From contig JBBRNT010000001.1 in assembly GCA_038230095.1 (NCBI GenBank), forward strand, positions 48,848 to 112,847: a DNA stretch of 64,000 bases, written 5' to 3'. The stretch comes from Candidatus Saccharimonadia bacterium (lineage in GTDB: Bacteria > Patescibacteriota > Saccharimonadia > UBA4664 > JBBRNT01). This document shows, piece after piece, positions 60,399 to 64,000 of this stretch (the stretch's first letter is position 1; the number at the start of each line of letters is the position of its first letter). The notes beneath the pieces were generated by a model. That model was not told the origin of the DNA. It was given only the letters and a program-made list of their open reading frames with translations, and did no database searches. A program made the position numbers and the translations under genes.

Positions 60399-60959
60399 AT
60401 GGATAGAACCTGGAAACGTCTTAGTCGTGAATTAGTCGTTGATACGCCTTACTACCGGGTAGCTCTAGACATAGTAGTGCGTCCCGACGGCATAGAGGAC
60501 ACCTATATGGTGGCCATGCCTCACGATGCTGTCTACATTGTAGCGATCACCACGGCTGGTTTGGTTGTCCTAGTGCGCCAGTACCGCTATACCCTAGATG
60601 CCGAAACACTGGAGATACCTGCAGGGATGGTGAAAAAGGGTGTGGATCCGCTTGAGCAGGCGCAAAGCGAGCTAGAGGAGGAGGTGGGGTGCCGGGCAAA
60701 TCGAGTAGAGCTGCTGCACACCTTGAAGACCAGCCCAGGCCGCCAGAACCAGAGCTACTCCATCGTGCTGGCCACGGGCCTTGCCGATGATTCGTTGAGC
60801 CACGCACACCAGGAAGGTGATGAATCCATATCGGAAATCCTGGCATTACCGTGGGCCAGTGTCATGAGCATGATTGACTCCGGCGAGCTGTGCGATACGG
60901 CTAGTATTGCAGCCCTATTCCTATACGCTCGGAGGGCTGGCTTGTCCACGGCTCGCTGA
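60399..60959 (+). CDS. NUDIX hydrolase (ADP-ribose pyrophosphatase-like)
   Basis: LVRQYRY, EIPAG...ELEEEVG. Confidence 0.92.
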   Translation: MDRTWKRLSRELVVDTPYYRVALDIVVRPDGIEDTYMVAMPHDAVYIVAITTAGLVVLVRQYRYTLDAETLEIPAGMVKKGVDPLEQAQSELEEEVGCRANRVELLHTLKTSPGRQNQSYSIVLATGLADDSLSHAHQEGDESISEILALPWASVMSMIDSGELCDTASIAALFLYARRAGLSTAR

Positions 60960-61017
60960 GCCGTCCGTTCCTAGGCGCCGGTATCTGCCGGCGCCTTTTT
61001 CTATTACGATAATAGCC

Positions 61018-61821
61018 ATGAGTATGGAAGCTTTTCGAGAGCTAGTCTGGGAGTACTACCACGACCATGGGCGGGGTGAGCTGCCGTGGAGAACTGATGT
61101 GTCTCCCTATGCGATTTTGGTTTCGGAGGTAATGCTGCAGCAGACGCAGGTGAGTCGAGTGATTGAGAAATTCAATGCTTGGATGGTCACATTTCCGGGT
61201 TGGCAGGCGTTGGCGGAAGCATCGCCCAGTACCGTCTTGCAGGCCTGGCAAGGACTGGGCTATAACCGGCGCGGGCTGTACTTGAAACGGACTGCCGAGA
61301 TGGTGATAACGACATATGACGGGCAATTGCCGCCAGACCAGAAGCTTTTAATGTCACTGCCTGGGATTGGTGCCAATACTGCAGGGGCAATTATGGCTTA
61401 TGCATTTAACCTGCCAGCAGTATTTATAGAAACGAATATTCGCCGGGTGTTTCTCCACCACTTTTTTCCGGAGGTAGATGACGTGTCCGACGCGCAGCTA
61501 CTGCCGCTGATAAAACAGGCAATTGATGCTGAGAGTCCGCGGGAGTGGTACTGGGCGCTGATGGACTATGGCTCGTTTTTGGCTAGGCAAGGGGATAACC
61601 CTAACCGGCGGAGTAAACACTACGCCAAACAGTCAAAGTTTGCGGGCTCGACGCGGCAGATCCGGGGCGAGGTACTGCGGCAGCTCTTGGACGGCTCGAA
61701 AAAAGTCACGGAATTATCAAAAGCCATCGCTGATGAGCGATTGCACATGGTGCTAGCTGGCCTGCTTAAGGATGGGGTAATTGAACTAGCACTTGAGCAA
61801 TATCAGATTCGCTCCAAGTAG
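61018..61821 (+). CDS. mutY: A/G-specific adenine glycosylase, short form without an Fe-S motif
   Basis: LPWR, SEVMLQQTQV, WQGLGYNRR, LPGIG (HhH). Confidence 0.9.
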   Translation: MSMEAFRELVWEYYHDHGRGELPWRTDVSPYAILVSEVMLQQTQVSRVIEKFNAWMVTFPGWQALAEASPSTVLQAWQGLGYNRRGLYLKRTAEMVITTYDGQLPPDQKLLMSLPGIGANTAGAIMAYAFNLPAVFIETNIRRVFLHHFFPEVDDVSDAQLLPLIKQAIDAESPREWYWALMDYGSFLARQGDNPNRRSKHYAKQSKFAGSTRQIRGEVLRQLLDGSKKVTELSKAIADERLHMVLAGLLKDGVIELALEQYQIRSK

Positions 61822-61835
61822 GCTAAACTAGAAGC

Positions 61836-62441
61836 ATGATAGTTGTAGATGTTGAAACTAGTGGCCTCGATCCGAACGCACACTCCATTCTCAGCATTGG
61901 GGCGGTGGAGTTCGGGAAGCCGAATAACCAGTTCTATGTAGAGTGCCAGGTAGACCCGGACGCTCAGGTATCGCTTGAGGCACTGGCGATTAATGGCTTT
62001 ACCGAAGAGCAGATTGTGGACCCCAAAAAGCCCACGCTGCAGCAGGCCGTGGGGCAGTGGCTGGACTGGACGACCGAGATTGCAGACCGAACGCTGGCTG
62101 GCCACAATACCTGGTTTGATTACGGTATGCTCGAGGCTGCCTGCCGCAAATACGACTTGGGGTGGCCTTTTGGCAAGCGCTTGGTAGACTTGCACGTACT
62201 TGCCTACTGCCACTACTTGAGCCGCGGCGAGCAGCCGCCACTATACGGCGGAGCCTCAGGCGTGAACACCGATACTATCCATACCTACGTAGGGCTGGAG
62301 GCTGAGCCAAAACCACATAATGGTCTGGTAGGTGCCAAGATGGAGGCCGAGGCACTAAGCCGGTTTATTTATGGCAAAAACCTGCTGAATGACTATGCCC
62401 GGTTCCCCGTGCCAGACTATTTACTTCGAGAAAGAGGCTAA
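61836..62441 (+). CDS. DEDDh 3'-5' exonuclease
   Basis: DVETSGL, GHN..FD, H near the C-terminus. Confidence 0.9.
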   Translation: MIVVDVETSGLDPNAHSILSIGAVEFGKPNNQFYVECQVDPDAQVSLEALAINGFTEEQIVDPKKPTLQQAVGQWLDWTTEIADRTLAGHNTWFDYGMLEAACRKYDLGWPFGKRLVDLHVLAYCHYLSRGEQPPLYGGASGVNTDTIHTYVGLEAEPKPHNGLVGAKMEAEALSRFIYGKNLLNDYARFPVPDYLLRERG

Positions 62442-62442
62442 T

Positions 62443-63231
62443 ATGGCAAGCTTAGAAAAGAAATTTGTGGTAGTTACTGGCGGAACAAGTGGCATTGGCT
62501 TGCAGCTGGCTCGGTTGGCGGCCAAGGATGGGCACGATCTGCTAATTGTGGCGCATGATCCTAGCAAGCTCGGTTATGTGGCCAAGCAGCTGAGCGACCA
62601 CTTCAAAGTAAACGTTGACTCACTGGAGCAGGACCTATCAAAGCACGGTGCTGCTAAGGCAATTATTGATTATGTAGGCGAGCGCCAGGTAGACGTGCTC
62701 ATTAACAACGCCGGCTTTGGTGACTTTAGCGAGTACGCGCTGGCCGATATGGACCGGCTTATCGACATGATGCACGTGAATATGGTGGTAGTAGCAGAGC
62801 TCATGCACTGGGTACTGCCCCAGATGATTAAACGCCGCGCTGGTAATGTGATGAACCTAGCGTCTACCGCGGCATTTCTGCCCGGCCCACTAATGGCGGT
62901 GTACTATGCTACCAAAGCATTTGTACTGAGCCTAAGCGAGGCGGTAGACGAGGAACTGTCTGGTACTGGTGTGCATGTGACAGCAGTGTGCCCTGGCCCG
63001 ACCAAGACCGGGTTCGAGAAGGCGGCCAAGGTGGAAGAGTCCAGACTGTTCCAAGCTCGTGGCCTCATGAGCGCAGAGGCAGTGGCCGAGGCGGCTTGGC
63101 GAGGTATGCAAGCAGGCAAGCGGCTGGTCATACCCGGTGTACGCAATGTGCTGACATTATGGGCGGTGCGGCTCATGCCACGGCGCTTGGCTACCTCTAT
63201 TGCCTACCACGCGCAGAAACGGGTACCGTAG
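62443..63231 (+). CDS. Short-chain dehydrogenase/reductase
   Basis: TGGTSGIG, NNAG, YYATK. Confidence 0.95.
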   Translation: MASLEKKFVVVTGGTSGIGLQLARLAAKDGHDLLIVAHDPSKLGYVAKQLSDHFKVNVDSLEQDLSKHGAAKAIIDYVGERQVDVLINNAGFGDFSEYALADMDRLIDMMHVNMVVVAELMHWVLPQMIKRRAGNVMNLASTAAFLPGPLMAVYYATKAFVLSLSEAVDEELSGTGVHVTAVCPGPTKTGFEKAAKVEESRLFQARGLMSAEAVAEAAWRGMQAGKRLVIPGVRNVLTLWAVRLMPRRLATSIAYHAQKRVP

Positions 63232-63647
63232 TGGCGGATGCACCCGGCTACTCTGGTAAGTCCCTGACTGACAAGCTGGGGCTCAAGCGCGATACAAACC
63301 TGGCACTTATCCACGTCCCGGATGACTACGATGACCTAATTGGAGGCTGGCCGCTGGGCTCTTCTATTAGCTGGGACCTGGCCGAGCCTAGCTACGAATT
63401 CATCCACTACTTTGTGGCCAAGCGGATACTACTGGAGGCCGAGATTGAAGGCCTTATCGGCCACATGGAGCGGGAGAGCGTACTCTGGGTGAGTTGGCCA
63501 AAGCAAGCTAGCGGTATGGTAACGGATGTAACGGAACAGACCCTCCGCGACGTGATCTTGCCGATGGGGCTAGTAGACGTAAAGGTGGTGGCGGTGGACG
63601 ATACCTGGAGCGGACTTAAATTTGTTTGGCGGAAGGAGCTACGCTAG
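63231..63647 (+). CDS. DUF3052-like protein
   Basis: GYSG..L..KLG, WVSWPK, VDVKV..D.TWSGLK. Confidence 0.85.
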   Translation: MADAPGYSGKSLTDKLGLKRDTNLALIHVPDDYDDLIGGWPLGSSISWDLAEPSYEFIHYFVAKRILLEAEIEGLIGHMERESVLWVSWPKQASGMVTDVTEQTLRDVILPMGLVDVKVVAVDDTWSGLKFVWRKELR

Positions 63648-63682
63648 TGGGGGAGCAACCAGGGTATAACCCTAGCGAGGAT

Positions 63683-64000
63683 ATGGAGTACCCGGCGATA
63701 ACGGCTAATATTGAGATAAATACCGCCCATCCGGGCGGCCACCAAGGCAGCTTTGAGCAGGACGGTGTACGCTACTACACTCATGATCTGCTTATTCGCG
63801 ATTTATATGAGATAGACCCTGGTCTACGCGAGCCCCTGCCTGGGGAGTTGGAAAAGGACCATCTTCAGCGTATAGCCGAGCAGGAGGCCCACAACATTAT
63901 GGAAGTGGCCCACTACGGTGTACCCGTACCACCGACTTTTGGTTCTGTAGGCCTGGATCCTGAAGCAGTTGAGCCAACTATTATACTCGCGACAAGAGAA
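63683..64000 (+). CDS. Hypothetical protein (3' partial)
   Basis: ATG after GAGG; frame is open to the window end. Confidence 0.5.
   Translation, partial: MEYPAITANIEINTAHPGGHQGSFEQDGVRYYTHDLLIRDLYEIDPGLREPLPGELEKDHLQRIAEQEAHNIMEVAHYGVPVPPTFGSVGLDPEAVEPTIILATRE

Overview
Bacterial chromosome segment, most likely from a Patescibacteria/CPR organism (Saccharibacteria-like). This is inferred from the tandem TrbC/VirB2-type pilin array, the short housekeeping gene set, and many apparently leaderless genes. Recognisable genes: a pilin cluster, hsp20, comF, valS, tsaD, two FemABX ligases, murE, two cmk paralogs, a phosphohexomutase, greA-like, CIRCE-groES-groEL, pgi/pmi, pgeF, a MacB-type ABC pair, mscL, purB and mutY. 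There are five tRNAs: all four Ser isoacceptors and an unusual Arg(GCG). Many orphan genes with their own promoter and terminator sit between these, plus a minus-strand island (two secreted or lipoproteins, flotillin, NfeD-like, RavA-like AAA+ ATPase, vWA protein). The most unusual signals are non-coding. (1) A ~90-110 nt structured element lies behind two different tRNAs; each copy carries an antisense match to its own tRNA's T-arm and is followed by a duplicate of that tRNA's 3' end. (2) A ~430 nt hairpin-dense, pseudoknotted candidate ncRNA at 36.6-37.1 kb. (3) Unrelated genes, including purB, are bracketed by duplicated terminator sequences. (4) A dispersed structured repeat family at 3.1-3.75 kb and 13.5 kb. 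(5) A leader-peptide attenuator upstream of a methyltransferase-GNAT operon. All calls come from reading motifs by eye; no database searches were run, and start codons were adjusted manually.
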